Below, one piece after another: positions 42,376-51,585 of a DNA stretch of 64,000 nucleotides (within the stretch, counting starts at the first letter, position 1; the number at the start of each line of letters is the position of its first letter). The notes beneath the pieces are model-generated. The model made no database searches. It saw only the letters and a program-made list of their open reading frames with translations, and was not told where the DNA came from. Source of the DNA: a bacterium (GTDB lineage Bacteria > UBA8248); assembly GCA_965213625.1 (NCBI GenBank), contig CBDBZU010000004.1, forward strand, positions 1,056,001 to 1,120,000. Reading direction: 5' to 3'. The position numbers and the translations under genes are program-made.

Positions 42376-42581
42376 TTTCGGATGGCTGCTTTCATGTTTT
42401 TAGGTGGCGACAATGGAGGAAGCGGCTGTCTTGCATAAGAGCGGCCAGGTGCAAGACTGCGCCACATTTTGCTTCTATCATATTTCACGTGCGGGTCAAA
42501 TCGTCCCGCCTTTTTGGAAGGGGTGGCGATATTTGCGCTTTTGGGTGAAAATATCCTTTTATATCGAATAGGGAAGAGTCG

Positions 42582-43046
42582 ATGAATCCGAGGTTGAGGC
42601 CGTATCAGACATACGGAATCGCCGTGCTTCGCGTCTCTCTGGGCGTCTATTACATTTTGCACGGCTATTACGGCTTTCTGGTGATCGGCGTGGAGCGCCT
42701 CGCCGCCCTGAACGCATCGATGGGAATCCCTCTGCCCACCGTCGGTGCGTGGGCCGTCGTACTGGGCCACCTGGTCGGCGGGGCGCTTCTGCTGCTCGGG
42801 TTCTACACCCGCCTCGGCGCCTTGATGAACGCATTCATCATGGCGGGCGCCGCTGCGCTGGTGCATTTCGACCAGGGTTTCTTCATGCACGGGGTCGTCA
42901 CGAACCCCCAGACCGGCGCCGCCGTCGCCGGCGGATACGAATACTCGCTCTTCCTCCTCCTCGCCACAATCGCGGTTCTCCTCCTGGGGAGCGGCCCGCT
43001 TTCCCTGGACTCCCGAACGAGAAGCAGAATGCGTATGGGTGAGTAG
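42582..43046 (+). CDS. DoxX family membrane protein
   Basis: LRVSLG...HG, LLLGFYTR, GGYEY, GSGPLSLD. Confidence 0.88.
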   Translation: MNPRLRPYQTYGIAVLRVSLGVYYILHGYYGFLVIGVERLAALNASMGIPLPTVGAWAVVLGHLVGGALLLLGFYTRLGALMNAFIMAGAAALVHFDQGFFMHGVVTNPQTGAAVAGGYEYSLFLLLATIAVLLLGSGPLSLDSRTRSRMRMGE

Positions 43047-43193
43047 GGGGGCTTTCGAGCGGGGAGCGAGGGATTGAGGATCGAATTTTCTCGTACTCAC
43101 AGTTCCATGTATGCAGTCCCTACAAAGGGCATTTCCTCCTTCTCCAGTTGGGACTGACACCGGAATGACGAACAAAACCGCACCACGTCATCA

Positions 43194-43236
43194 GGACAGG
43201 TCACGGCCCCGGACAGGCACGGAGGCCTGTCCCTAC
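43194..43236. repeat. GTAG-type REP
   Basis: GGACAGGCACGGAGGCCTGTCCCTAC, near-identical to 37193-37218. Confidence 0.75.
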
Positions 43237-43382
43237 GTAAAACAGAGCCATTCAAAATCGCTTACATTTCCTCCTCCAGGTGCGCGCAAGGCGCCGTTGC
43301 GATAGAGTTCCCCACTGGTTCATGGGATGGCCGCCGCCGAATAACGAATCTCCCAACCCCCAGGTAACCCGCCGGAATACGT

Positions 43383-44276
43383 TCAGACCTTGCCCTTCCA
43401 CGGGACGAACGCCCGTTCCATGCGCCGCATGATGAGATCGAAAATAAAAGCGATCGCGCCGATCACCACGATCCCGAGAAACACAATATCTGTCGCCAGG
43501 AAACGGGCGGCGTTCAGCACCATCACTCCTATTCCCGCTTTGGCTGCGACCATCTCCGCCGCGACCAGCGTCGTCCAGCCGAAGGCTATCGCGACCCGCA
43601 TGCCTGTGAGGATTTCCGGCAGCGCCGCCTTGATCACTACATGGCGGATCACCTGCCGGCTGGTAGCGCCCATCGAATAGGCAGCGTGGATCTGCTCGAC
43701 CGACACCGAGCGCACCCCGGCGCGCGCGTTGATGGCGATGGGCGCAAAGCAGGCCAGGAAGATCAGGAAGAACTTGCCGGACTCGCCGATGCCGAACCAG
43801 ATGATGGTCAGCGGAAGATATGCGAGCGGCGGAATCGGGCGGTAGAACTCGATCGGCGGGTCGAAGACGCCGCGCGCGTAACGGCTCATCCCCATGGCGA
43901 CGCCTATGGGCACCGCGGTGATCACGGCCAGGAAAAAGGAGCCGAATACGCGGTAGAGACTCCAGAGAATGTGTTCGTGCAGGGCATGTTCACTGAAGCC
44001 GAAGCACTTGGCCGTCACCTCGGCGCGGGCGCCGAACGCAGCCAGCAACTGCTCGAGATAGTAACCCGTACACGCAATCTTGTTGAATTTCGAGATGACC
44101 ATCTCGGGTGACGGCAGGAACAGAGGCCGGATTAGCTCGAGCCGGGTCGTGACCCACCAGCCGCCCAGGATCAGCACGATGGTTGCGACGCTGATCGCCG
44201 TGCTGTTGCCCCGTCCCGGCACCCCGTACTGGTCCACGGCCTCCGATTTTCGGCGCGAGAAGATGCCGATCTTCAT
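43383..44276 (-). CDS. tauC: Taurine ABC transporter permease
   Basis: [28 protein letters not shown]; third gene of tauABC. Confidence 0.88.
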   Translation of the reverse strand: MKIGIFSRRKSEAVDQYGVPGRGNSTAISVATIVLILGGWWVTTRLELIRPLFLPSPEMVISKFNKIACTGYYLEQLLAAFGARAEVTAKCFGFSEHALHEHILWSLYRVFGSFFLAVITAVPIGVAMGMSRYARGVFDPPIEFYRPIPPLAYLPLTIIWFGIGESGKFFLIFLACFAPIAINARAGVRSVSVEQIHAAYSMGATSRQVIRHVVIKAALPEILTGMRVAIAFGWTTLVAAEMVAAKAGIGVMVLNAARFLATDIVFLGIVVIGAIAFIFDLIMRRMERAFVPWKGKV

Positions 44277-45073
44277 AACGGCTGCTCTTGAACCTCTTCA
44301 CCATAAATGATGGAGAGGATCTCTTCGCGCATGGCGATGAATTCCGGCGATGATTTGACCTGCCGCGCGTCGCCCGTGTCGAAATACCGGTGACTGAAAT
44401 TCAACTCGTATTCGTGCGTGATGCGGCCCGGTCTTGGCGACATCACGATGAGCCGGGTCGCCATGAACAGCGCTTCTTCCACGCTGTGGGTGATGAAAAA
44501 GACGATCTTGCGCGTCTTCCGCCAGACGTCGAGGATCAATTCCTGCATGTTTTCCCGCGTGAAGGCGTCGAGCGCACCCAGCGGTTCGTCCATGAGCAGC
44601 ATGTCCGGATCGCAGGTCAAGGCCCGCGCCAGTCCCACCCGCTGCTGCATGCCTCCGGATAGCTGGTAGATGGGATAGTCTTCAAAGTCCGACAGGCCCA
44701 CCAAAGCCAGATTCTCCCGGGCTTCGGCCCTGCGGTCGGCGCTTGCAACGCCCTGAAGCTTGAGGCCGAACTCGGTGTTCTCGATGACGTTGAGCCACGG
44801 CAGGAGAGCGTGTTTCTGGAATACGACGCCCCGGTCCCGGCCCGGACCGTTCACCGGTTCGCCCTTACTCAGAATTTCGCCGGACGTGGGCGGCAGAAAA
44901 CCGGCGATGACGTTGAGCAGGGTCGTCTTTCCGCAGCCGGAAGCGCCGAGCGCGACCACGAACTCGTTGTCGCGGAACTCAAGGTTCACGTCTTCGAGCG
45001 CCTGGACGCTGCCCAGCCCCTGCAGGGAAGGAAAGGTCATGCCAACTTTGTTGAGGCTGATGACCGGGGTCAT
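44273..45073 (-). CDS. tauB: Taurine ABC transporter ATP-binding protein
   Basis: [31 protein letters not shown]. Confidence 0.88.
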   Translation of the reverse strand: MTPVISLNKVGMTFPSLQGLGSVQALEDVNLEFRDNEFVVALGASGCGKTTLLNVIAGFLPPTSGEILSKGEPVNGPGRDRGVVFQKHALLPWLNVIENTEFGLKLQGVASADRRAEARENLALVGLSDFEDYPIYQLSGGMQQRVGLARALTCDPDMLLMDEPLGALDAFTRENMQELILDVWRKTRKIVFFITHSVEEALFMATRLIVMSPRPGRITHEYELNFSHRYFDTGDARQVKSSPEFIAMREEILSIIYGEEVQEQPL

Positions 45074-45177
45074 TGGCTTGCTCCGATCCGGGGTCGGCGC
45101 CGGGGATCGCGCGCAGACCGACCCATCATATTGTCTTCGCGTATCGTCCGGGTCCGATATTTGCCGTCCCGCAGCGT

Positions 45178-46176
45178 CTAGCAGCCGCCTTCGAGCGCCA
45201 TTTTCGCGAATTTCGGCGTCGCCGAATCCGCGTAGCTCTTGAGCACCTTGTCGAGCTTGCCCTGGGACTTCAGGAATGCCGAGGTCGCTCTCAGCGCTTT
45301 CTGTACGCCTCCGCCGAGCCAGGTCGCAGAGATCTGCTCCTTCAGCGTCGGATAGCCGTACAGGGCCAGCACGCCGCCGACCTGGGCCTCGTTGCCGGAC
45401 ACCGAAGCGGCGATCGCTTTCGCGTTCGCGGTGCCCGGTCCGTATTTGGCCGGGTTGGCGCGATAGTCCGCATCGGCCGACGCCACCATCTTCACCCACT
45501 GGCAGGCGAATTTTGGGTTTTTCTTCGTGAAACTCTTGCTCGCGACCATCGCATCGAAGGTCGCCTTGCCCCAGTTGCTGAGATCGCCGGAGGTTATCAG
45601 CACGCGTCCTTTCCGCTTCATGCGTCCGAGCGCCGGATCCCAAACGAAACCGCCGTTGATGTCGCCGCGCTCCCATGCCGCGACCATGTCCGGCGGCGAC
45701 ATGTCGATGACCTTGAGCGCCCGGGGAGAAATGTTGAACTGCTCCAGAGCGAACATCATGTGGAAGTGGGTGGTGGAGCCGAAGGGCACCGCTATCGTCT
45801 TGCCCTTGAGGTCCTGAGGCGCCGTGACCGATTTGTCCACGACGAGCGCTTCGGCGTCGTTGATGTTGTCGTAAACGTAGATGACCTGGAGATCGACGCC
45901 ACGGCTGTAGCCCGCCGCCGTCGGCGAGGAACCGTTGAGCGAGATGTCCACCGAACCCGACGCCATCGCGTTGATCACCTCGGTGCCGGATGTGAATTTC
46001 ACGAACTCGATGCTCTTGCCGCCAAGGCCCTTCGCCCTGAGTTTCTTCATGTTCGTCTTCCACGGCCCGTAGAGGAGCTGATAGCCGATCGTGACGTCGG
46101 CCGCATGTGCGCTGCCTGCGATGCCGAACAAAGCGATGGCTAGCGCCAGAATGGTTTTGCGCAGATGTAATTTCAT
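45178..46176 (-). CDS. tauA: Taurine ABC transporter substrate-binding protein
   Basis: [39 protein letters not shown]. Confidence 0.88.
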   Translation of the reverse strand: MKLHLRKTILALAIALFGIAGSAHAADVTIGYQLLYGPWKTNMKKLRAKGLGGKSIEFVKFTSGTEVINAMASGSVDISLNGSSPTAAGYSRGVDLQVIYVYDNINDAEALVVDKSVTAPQDLKGKTIAVPFGSTTHFHMMFALEQFNISPRALKVIDMSPPDMVAAWERGDINGGFVWDPALGRMKRKGRVLITSGDLSNWGKATFDAMVASKSFTKKNPKFACQWVKMVASADADYRANPAKYGPGTANAKAIAASVSGNEAQVGGVLALYGYPTLKEQISATWLGGGVQKALRATSAFLKSQGKLDKVLKSYADSATPKFAKMALEGGC

Positions 46177-46416
46177 GGTTTGGGTCTCCTATATCCGTTC
46201 AAGATTGGTCGCGGACTAATCCCGGGATCATATCAAGTTCCGTTGTATTTCTCCAAACCGGGTATGGAGCCCCAAAAGACGTATAAGCACGGTTGAAGAC
46301 GGGGGGAAACATAAGGCACCTCCTGCCGGGGCTGTTGAAACAGTCCCTTCGCTTGGGATTGACTTGGGATAAAAGTTCTTCAGCCCGGTCGGAACGACTA
46401 AGCGGGCGCCGGAGTC

Positions 46417-46944
46417 TTAAGCAGAAACTAAAGTAGAACCATGATTATGTGACCAGATAAATTGTTGCCCGGGTTCGACAGGCCACCCTATCCAGTATTC
46501 GGCCAGTTCTTCTTCCAGTAGGGTTTCACAGACCCAGACATGAACCTCCTTGACAACTCTCGCTTCATCCAGAACAAACGCGAAAATGGCGAGAGCGCCC
46601 GTGCTTTCCGGATCGAGCAGCGCCGAGGGGCTGCCGCCAAAATCTGTCAGACGCGCCTCATCCGTCGTCCCGCCACGGAGCTTGTCGTTGTACCAGACGG
46701 CGCGGCCAGTCCGCAGGTTATCATGGGAGTCGATATAGAGAGGGAAACGAACATCTGGATTTTCCACTTTCGGCTTGAAGAGCGAGGGAAACATGCCAAA
46801 AAGGAATTTACGGTCGATTCGTGCCCCCGCATCGCCTTTATCCACGGCCAGCGTATCGTTGCCGGTGAGTCGCTTCACGTACCAGAAGATTTCAGGCCGT
46901 CTGAAATCCATGATCCAGTCCGAGATATTATTCACTGTCATCAA
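46417..46944 (-). CDS. Stand-alone EcoRII N-terminal (effector DNA-binding) domain protein
   Basis: YVKRLTGNDT, YN.K..G.T.DEARLT.FG, ESTGAL, VWVC....EE; no catalytic C-domain before the stop. Confidence 0.75.
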   Translation of the reverse strand: MMTVNNISDWIMDFRRPEIFWYVKRLTGNDTLAVDKGDAGARIDRKFLFGMFPSLFKPKVENPDVRFPLYIDSHDNLRTGRAVWYNDKLRGGTTDEARLTDFGGSPSALLDPESTGALAIFAFVLDEARVVKEVHVWVCETLLEEELAEYWIGWPVEPGQQFIWSHNHGSTLVSA

Positions 46945-47118
46945 GAAAGTTCCTTATTTCAAGTCTGTTCGATCATCCGTGTAAACGGTTTATAAATTGA
47001 AAAAAGATACTATCAAAAGAAAGTTTTCCATACGCTGTTATGTCTAATCTAGGCTTTTCGGATATGCGCAACACCCTCTCGATAATACTTTGAACCCTTT
47101 TGGCGCACAATCATTTAG

Positions 47119-47323
47119 GGGGTTGTTGAAAAAGCCTGCGATGCCGGTATAACGGCGATGGGTTACCGCTTTGCCGGAGGGTGTGTAGGTCAGACATATA
47201 TGTCTGACATATTATGCGGCCCATGGTCGGCAGGCGTAAAATGCAGGGTCGCATAATATGCGACCCCTACAACTTCACATCCGTCGAGCTGAATCAAGAA
47301 AGCAGGACTTTTCTAACAGCCCC
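47119..47323. mobile_element. ~205-bp MITE with IS1182-like ends containing two REP-like palindromes
   Basis: GGGGTTGTTGAAAAAGCCTGC ... GCAGGACTTTTCTAACAGCCCC; internal GTCAGACATATATGTCTGAC and GGGTCGCATAATATGCGACCC. Confidence 0.65.
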
Positions 47324-48184
47324 TTAAGGGGTAGCACTATAGATTGTCGGAGAGAGTTTAACGTGTTGTTCCAGTGGTGGTTTCAATCGATATGCTCGCG
47401 CTTGACGCCTGAAATCATAGAGTCTAACGATCCTATATATATCAGGATGCGTTTCTGAAACGGACAACTCGTTTCTGGTGATGAAAAAAGGTGTTGTTCT
47501 GGGGCCGTTCGTGGTCTTGATTTCCAGCCAGCGTTCTCGCTCTGCTTGGTTGCCTGTCCCCAAAAAGGACAGGATGTCGTAACCGTAACCATCTCCCTTA
47601 TCGCGGGCGACCCAACTAACACTATCGGACAGGTCTTTCCTGCCAAGTTCATATAAACGACGCTTCTCGGTCTCGAATACGAATTCTTCGCCGTCTTTTC
47701 CGAGTTTTCGATTTCGGGCATCTCGTTCCGCTGGTGGTTCAAACCTATGAACGATACGGCGTATATCCTCTGATAAATTCTGTTCCGATACTTCGCGCGA
47801 CGGGGGCGCCTCGTCAAACTCCAGACTCGATTCGCTCAAGGGTTCCCCGGATGGGCGTTTGGGGGAGACATCTTCCCCTGTTAAAGAAGAATACAATTCG
47901 TGATTTCTATGAAGGTGGGTTTCGACGATTTCAAACAACGCTCTCTGGTAATGTCTGTAGGGTTGGTAACCATTTATGTAAGGAAGGCCGAGTACGTCCA
48001 TCACCGCACTGATATTCATATGCTTTCGTTCAATCGAACCATCTGAACGATTAATAGTTTCCCTCAGAACTCGCCGGTGTACGCTTTTGTTATAAGACAG
48101 TCCGGCCAGTTCATGCCGAAGCATATCAAAGTAGTCGTCAACGATGGCGTGGATCTCGCCATCGGACCAATTTTGCCGGGTCAT
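47324..48184 (-). CDS. DUF3883 (PD-(D/E)xK-like) putative endonuclease
   Basis: G..GE, GYGYDILSF, LEIKTT, F.ITRNE motifs. Confidence 0.8.
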   Translation of the reverse strand: MTRQNWSDGEIHAIVDDYFDMLRHELAGLSYNKSVHRRVLRETINRSDGSIERKHMNISAVMDVLGLPYINGYQPYRHYQRALFEIVETHLHRNHELYSSLTGEDVSPKRPSGEPLSESSLEFDEAPPSREVSEQNLSEDIRRIVHRFEPPAERDARNRKLGKDGEEFVFETEKRRLYELGRKDLSDSVSWVARDKGDGYGYDILSFLGTGNQAERERWLEIKTTNGPRTTPFFITRNELSVSETHPDIYRIVRLYDFRRQARAYRLKPPLEQHVKLSPTIYSATP

Positions 48185-48497
48185 TTAAGTTCAGCCCTCG
48201 TGATTTAGCTGATTTAAGCAGTGTTTCCTAAGGCGAGTGGAAAGTCAAAGCAATTTACGAGGATACGTTACGCAGGAATCAAAATGTAAGTGACCACAAC
48301 ACTCGCTTTACACTTGCCTCGTTGACTCCCCCTCAAAGGGCTGTTGATAAAGTCCTCCTCGCCTCATCCTGAGTAGCGGCGAAGCCGCGTATCGAAGGTC
48401 AATTCCGACTAATGAAGGAGGTATTGCATTCTCGCCCCGCTGCGCATGATGAGTCGAAAGCGGGCGATTTGTTCGTGGCTCTATATTGTGAAGCGGC

Positions 48498-48760
48498 TTA
48501 CGCCGCGTCCCAAGGGTTCACGACCTCGATGTCGAGGCCGTCGAAAACCCGGACGTTTTTCGTCGCAATCGCGAGTTCGTGCGCCACCGCCGTCCCCGCG
48601 ATGAACGCATCCCCCATATTCAGAACGCGGCCCGCGCGATGCGCGCGCGCCCTCAGGGCTGCGGCCCGGGCGGCTTCGGGTCGGCCCAGGGGCAGCACCC
48701 TGTCCGCATATTCCGATACGAACGCGGAGAACGCAGCGCGTATTCCCTCCTCCGGGTGCA
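48498..48760 (-). pseudogene. 5'-truncated PIN/VapC toxin remnant
   Basis: DAFIAGTAVAHEL.IATKN...F....NPW C-terminal half only; no N-terminal acidic motif and no antitoxin. Confidence 0.7.
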
Positions 48761-48847
48761 TGCGGGGCTTCGTTGCGATAGAGTTCTGCGCTGGTTCACG
48801 GGATGGCCGCCACTGATAATTCACAATCCAACCGACAGGAAACATTG

Positions 48848-49648
48848 ATGAGCTTGCGCAGGTGGAAGGACAGGATGGTGGCGCGTCTGCTGACGCGTTA
48901 TCCAGGTCTGGTGAAAAGATGGGCGGGGGCGAAGGATTTCTCCGCCGAGATGGCCGGCTGGCGCGCGGGGCCCGAGTTCACACCGTGGACGCCGCTCCCG
49001 AGGCCCGTGCGCGAGTGCACAGTCGCGCTGGTGACGACGGGCGGGGTGCATCTCAAGACGCAAGACCCCTTCGACATGGAAAACCCAGACGGCGACCCGA
49101 CGTTCCGCGAGATTCCGGGCGACGCCGCGCGCGATGCGATGACGATAACGCACGATTACTACGACCACCGGGGGGCGGATGCGGACCTGAACGTCGTGTT
49201 CCCGCACGAGCGGCTGGCCGAGCTGGCGGCGGAGGGCGCGATAGGCGGGGTCTCGCCCGCCCACATGAGCTTCATGGGCCACATCGATGCGGAACTCGTG
49301 GAGCGGCTCGTGGCGGAGACGGCGCCTGCCGCGGCGCGGCGGCTGCGCGAGGCGGGGGCGGAGGTCGCGCTGCTGGCGCCCGCCTGAGGGCTATGCAATC
49401 GCTCGGTCGGGCTGATTCAAAACGCGGTGGAACGGGAGGGCATCGCCACCGTATCGGTGAGCATCGTCAAGGAGATAACGGCCGGGCTTCGCCCGCCGCG
49501 GGCGGTGTTCGTGCCCTGGCCGCTGGGGCACCCTTTCGGCCGCGCGGAAAATATTGAACAGCAGCGCACCGTGCTGTATGATATGATCGAGTTGCTCGAG
49601 AGCGCCGGGGAGCCGGGAACGCTGATCGAGCGGGACCATCCCTGGTGA
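48848..49648 (+). CDS. GrdB/PrdB-like reductase selenoprotein (Sec at UGA 49385-49387)
   Basis: VALVTTGG, D.TFREIP, HDYYD, D.NVVFP; read-through gives LAPA-U-GLC-NRSVGLIQNAVEREGIATV...PPR..FVPWPLGHP in frame. Confidence 0.85.
49397..49417 (+). promoter_or_regulatory. Candidate bacterial SECIS element
   Basis: AATCGCTC-GGTC-GGGC(T)GATT stem-loop starting 9 nt after UGA; GGUC loop, bulged U. Confidence 0.65.
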
Positions 49649-49799
49649 GTTATGCGGAGCTTGCAGAGGCGCAGCGGAAGGAACGAAACGGCCCTGAAAG
49701 CTGCTGAAACCGGCCGGGACGGCGCCTTCCGGACGAGCATCACAGAGACTGAGGGAAGCGCCCGGCGGTAATGGAAATTGTCGATATAATAAAAATAGT

Positions 49800-49853
49800 A
49801 ATTCCTGAAAATATCGATAAATTCGGATAAATTCACGGGGTTTTCCGGTAAAA
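49800..49853 (+). repeat. Left copy of long-range inverted repeat (2x GATAAATT)
   Basis: AATTCCTGAAAATATCGATAAATTCGGATAAATTCACGGGGTTTTCCGGTAAA matches the reverse complement of 63032-63094. Confidence 0.85.
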
Positions 49854-49919
49854 AACTGAAAGGTTAAGTGTCTGAATAATAGCGCATTACATCGATTTCC
49901 GCAAGTGGAGGAGGTCGTC

Positions 49920-50504
49920 ATGGACACAGTCGCCGCTCCCATCACCCGCCTCGCAGAAGAGCTTGCCGACATCTACGATAACGGCGAACGCGGCCGAGAT
50001 TTCATTCGCGCAGCCGAACCAGCTCTCAAACGCTTGTTAGACGCGGGTTCTTTTCTCCCGCCTGAAGCGCTCGAGCCCTCTGATAATGGATATGCGCGTC
50101 ATCTGCTGTATCGTGACTCTGAGGAGCGCTTCGTCGTAGCGGCCATGGTGTGGCAGCCGGGGCAGGGCACACCGATTCACGATCATGACGGCGCCTGGGG
50201 CATGCTCGGCATGGTGGAGGGTGGTCTGGAAGTAGTTAATTATTTTTCGGATGCGGGGATTGCCGAAGGTGAAATCGCGCTTCGGAACGATGCGCCGCAC
50301 AATCCTTCGGCAGGTGCGCAGAACGCGGTTTGCGGCTGCGCTGACATCCATACGGTGCGCAATCGGCGTGACGATGTGGCGGTCTCTATTCATGTGTATC
50401 CGCGCGATTTGGAAGCGTGTCATTTCTTCGAGCCCATCGAAGGTGAAAAAAATCGCTTCCACGCGCGCCGCGTCTCGATTTCCTATACGGATGATTCTTC
50501 CTGA
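49920..50504 (+). CDS. Cysteine dioxygenase-like cupin
   Basis: YARHLL, WQPGQGTPIHDH, IH.V.N, SIHVY; GGAGGAGG RBS. Confidence 0.85.
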   Translation: MDTVAAPITRLAEELADIYDNGERGRDFIRAAEPALKRLLDAGSFLPPEALEPSDNGYARHLLYRDSEERFVVAAMVWQPGQGTPIHDHDGAWGMLGMVEGGLEVVNYFSDAGIAEGEIALRNDAPHNPSAGAQNAVCGCADIHTVRNRRDDVAVSIHVYPRDLEACHFFEPIEGEKNRFHARRVSISYTDDSS

Positions 50505-50721
50505 GCGATTTCCGATCTACGACCAAAAAGCCATAGAATAAGATGGAATATCGAGGAACAAGGTATTTTACTCGTGCTCTATGAGGCCTGAAAGCAGGTG
50601 GTTTGCCGATTGGGCGTTGTGTGGTTTATCGGCCAAGTCTTCAACAGGAGAATGAAGCATCTTTTTCCCGGTTTGATAATATTCCCTGCAAATATTCACT
50701 TTCTCATTCCAAGAGGTTCAT

Positions 50722-51585
50722 ATGCGCAGTAAAGGTGGTTGGTATGCTGGTTTCGAGACGGTATCGAATTTTAAAATGTTTTTCCGGGACTGGAGGCCAG
50801 CGAAGAAAAATTTACTCTTGCCCGTCATCGCTTTGCATGGTTCGCTGATTCAGGGCGGCATGTGGAACGCTACAGCGGAGGGCGCGGGCTCGTTACGCAT
50901 GATATGCCCGGATCAAAGAGGATTCGGGAGAACGGATGACCCGGGTGCGGGTGACGCCGCAGCTGATTTCGCAAGAGATGTAATTGGCTTGGCCGACGCG
51001 CTTTTGCTGGACCGCTTCGTGGTGATGGGGCATTCCTTCGCCGCTTCAATCGCTCTGGCCGTCGCTGCGAAACGCCCGGATCGCGTTGCCGCGACTGTGT
51101 TGGTTGACCCGACAATGCGTGATGCTTCGGGAGCCAACGCGAACATGGAGGCAGCGCAGAGCCCCCCGATGGAATTCAAGGATATCGCCCAAGCACAGAA
51201 ATTCATCACAGAGAGCGAAGAAGGAAACTGGCCACCCGCCAGGACGAAACGATTCTTAAGCGATGTTTTGGTACGCGATGGCGCAGACGGCGTTAGTAGA
51301 GTTCCTTATGAGAAAAGCAGAATCCTGAGGTTGCGGGAATTTCAAGCCTCCTCCGAGAGCGATTACGATCCCGTTTTCTGGGCGAAGAGAACGATATGCC
51401 CTTCTCTGGTGTTTCGTGGAGGGGAGAGTAAGCGATTTAGCGAGAATTCGGAAAACTTGTTGATGAGTGCGTTACCCATGAAGTCGAGAGTGGTCGTATG
51501 TGAAAAAGCAGGACATTTTCCGAGTGTTACCGAGCCGACCACCGTGCAGCGAGAGCTCAAGTCGTTTCTGGCAGATCTGAAATGA
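50722..51585 (+). CDS. Alpha/beta fold hydrolase
   Basis: LHG, DQRGFG, GHSFA, AGHF. Confidence 0.85.
   Translation: MRSKGGWYAGFETVSNFKMFFRDWRPAKKNLLLPVIALHGSLIQGGMWNATAEGAGSLRMICPDQRGFGRTDDPGAGDAAADFARDVIGLADALLLDRFVVMGHSFAASIALAVAAKRPDRVAATVLVDPTMRDASGANANMEAAQSPPMEFKDIAQAQKFITESEEGNWPPARTKRFLSDVLVRDGADGVSRVPYEKSRILRLREFQASSESDYDPVFWAKRTICPSLVFRGGESKRFSENSENLLMSALPMKSRVVVCEKAGHFPSVTEPTTVQRELKSFLADLK

Noticed and set aside
36183-43236. Recurring 25-28 bp palindromes as a CRISPR array
   Set aside because: Dispersed, with no regular spacers and no cas genes; they fit GTAG REPs
10507-46063. Long N-terminal extensions in the ORF track (10507, 21513, 25279, 34241, 46063 starts)
   Set aside because: They overlap upstream genes; downstream starts with RBS match family lengths
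49385-49387. Nonsense mutation/pseudogene
   Set aside because: UGA falls at the expected Sec position (UxxC) and a SECIS-like hairpin follows
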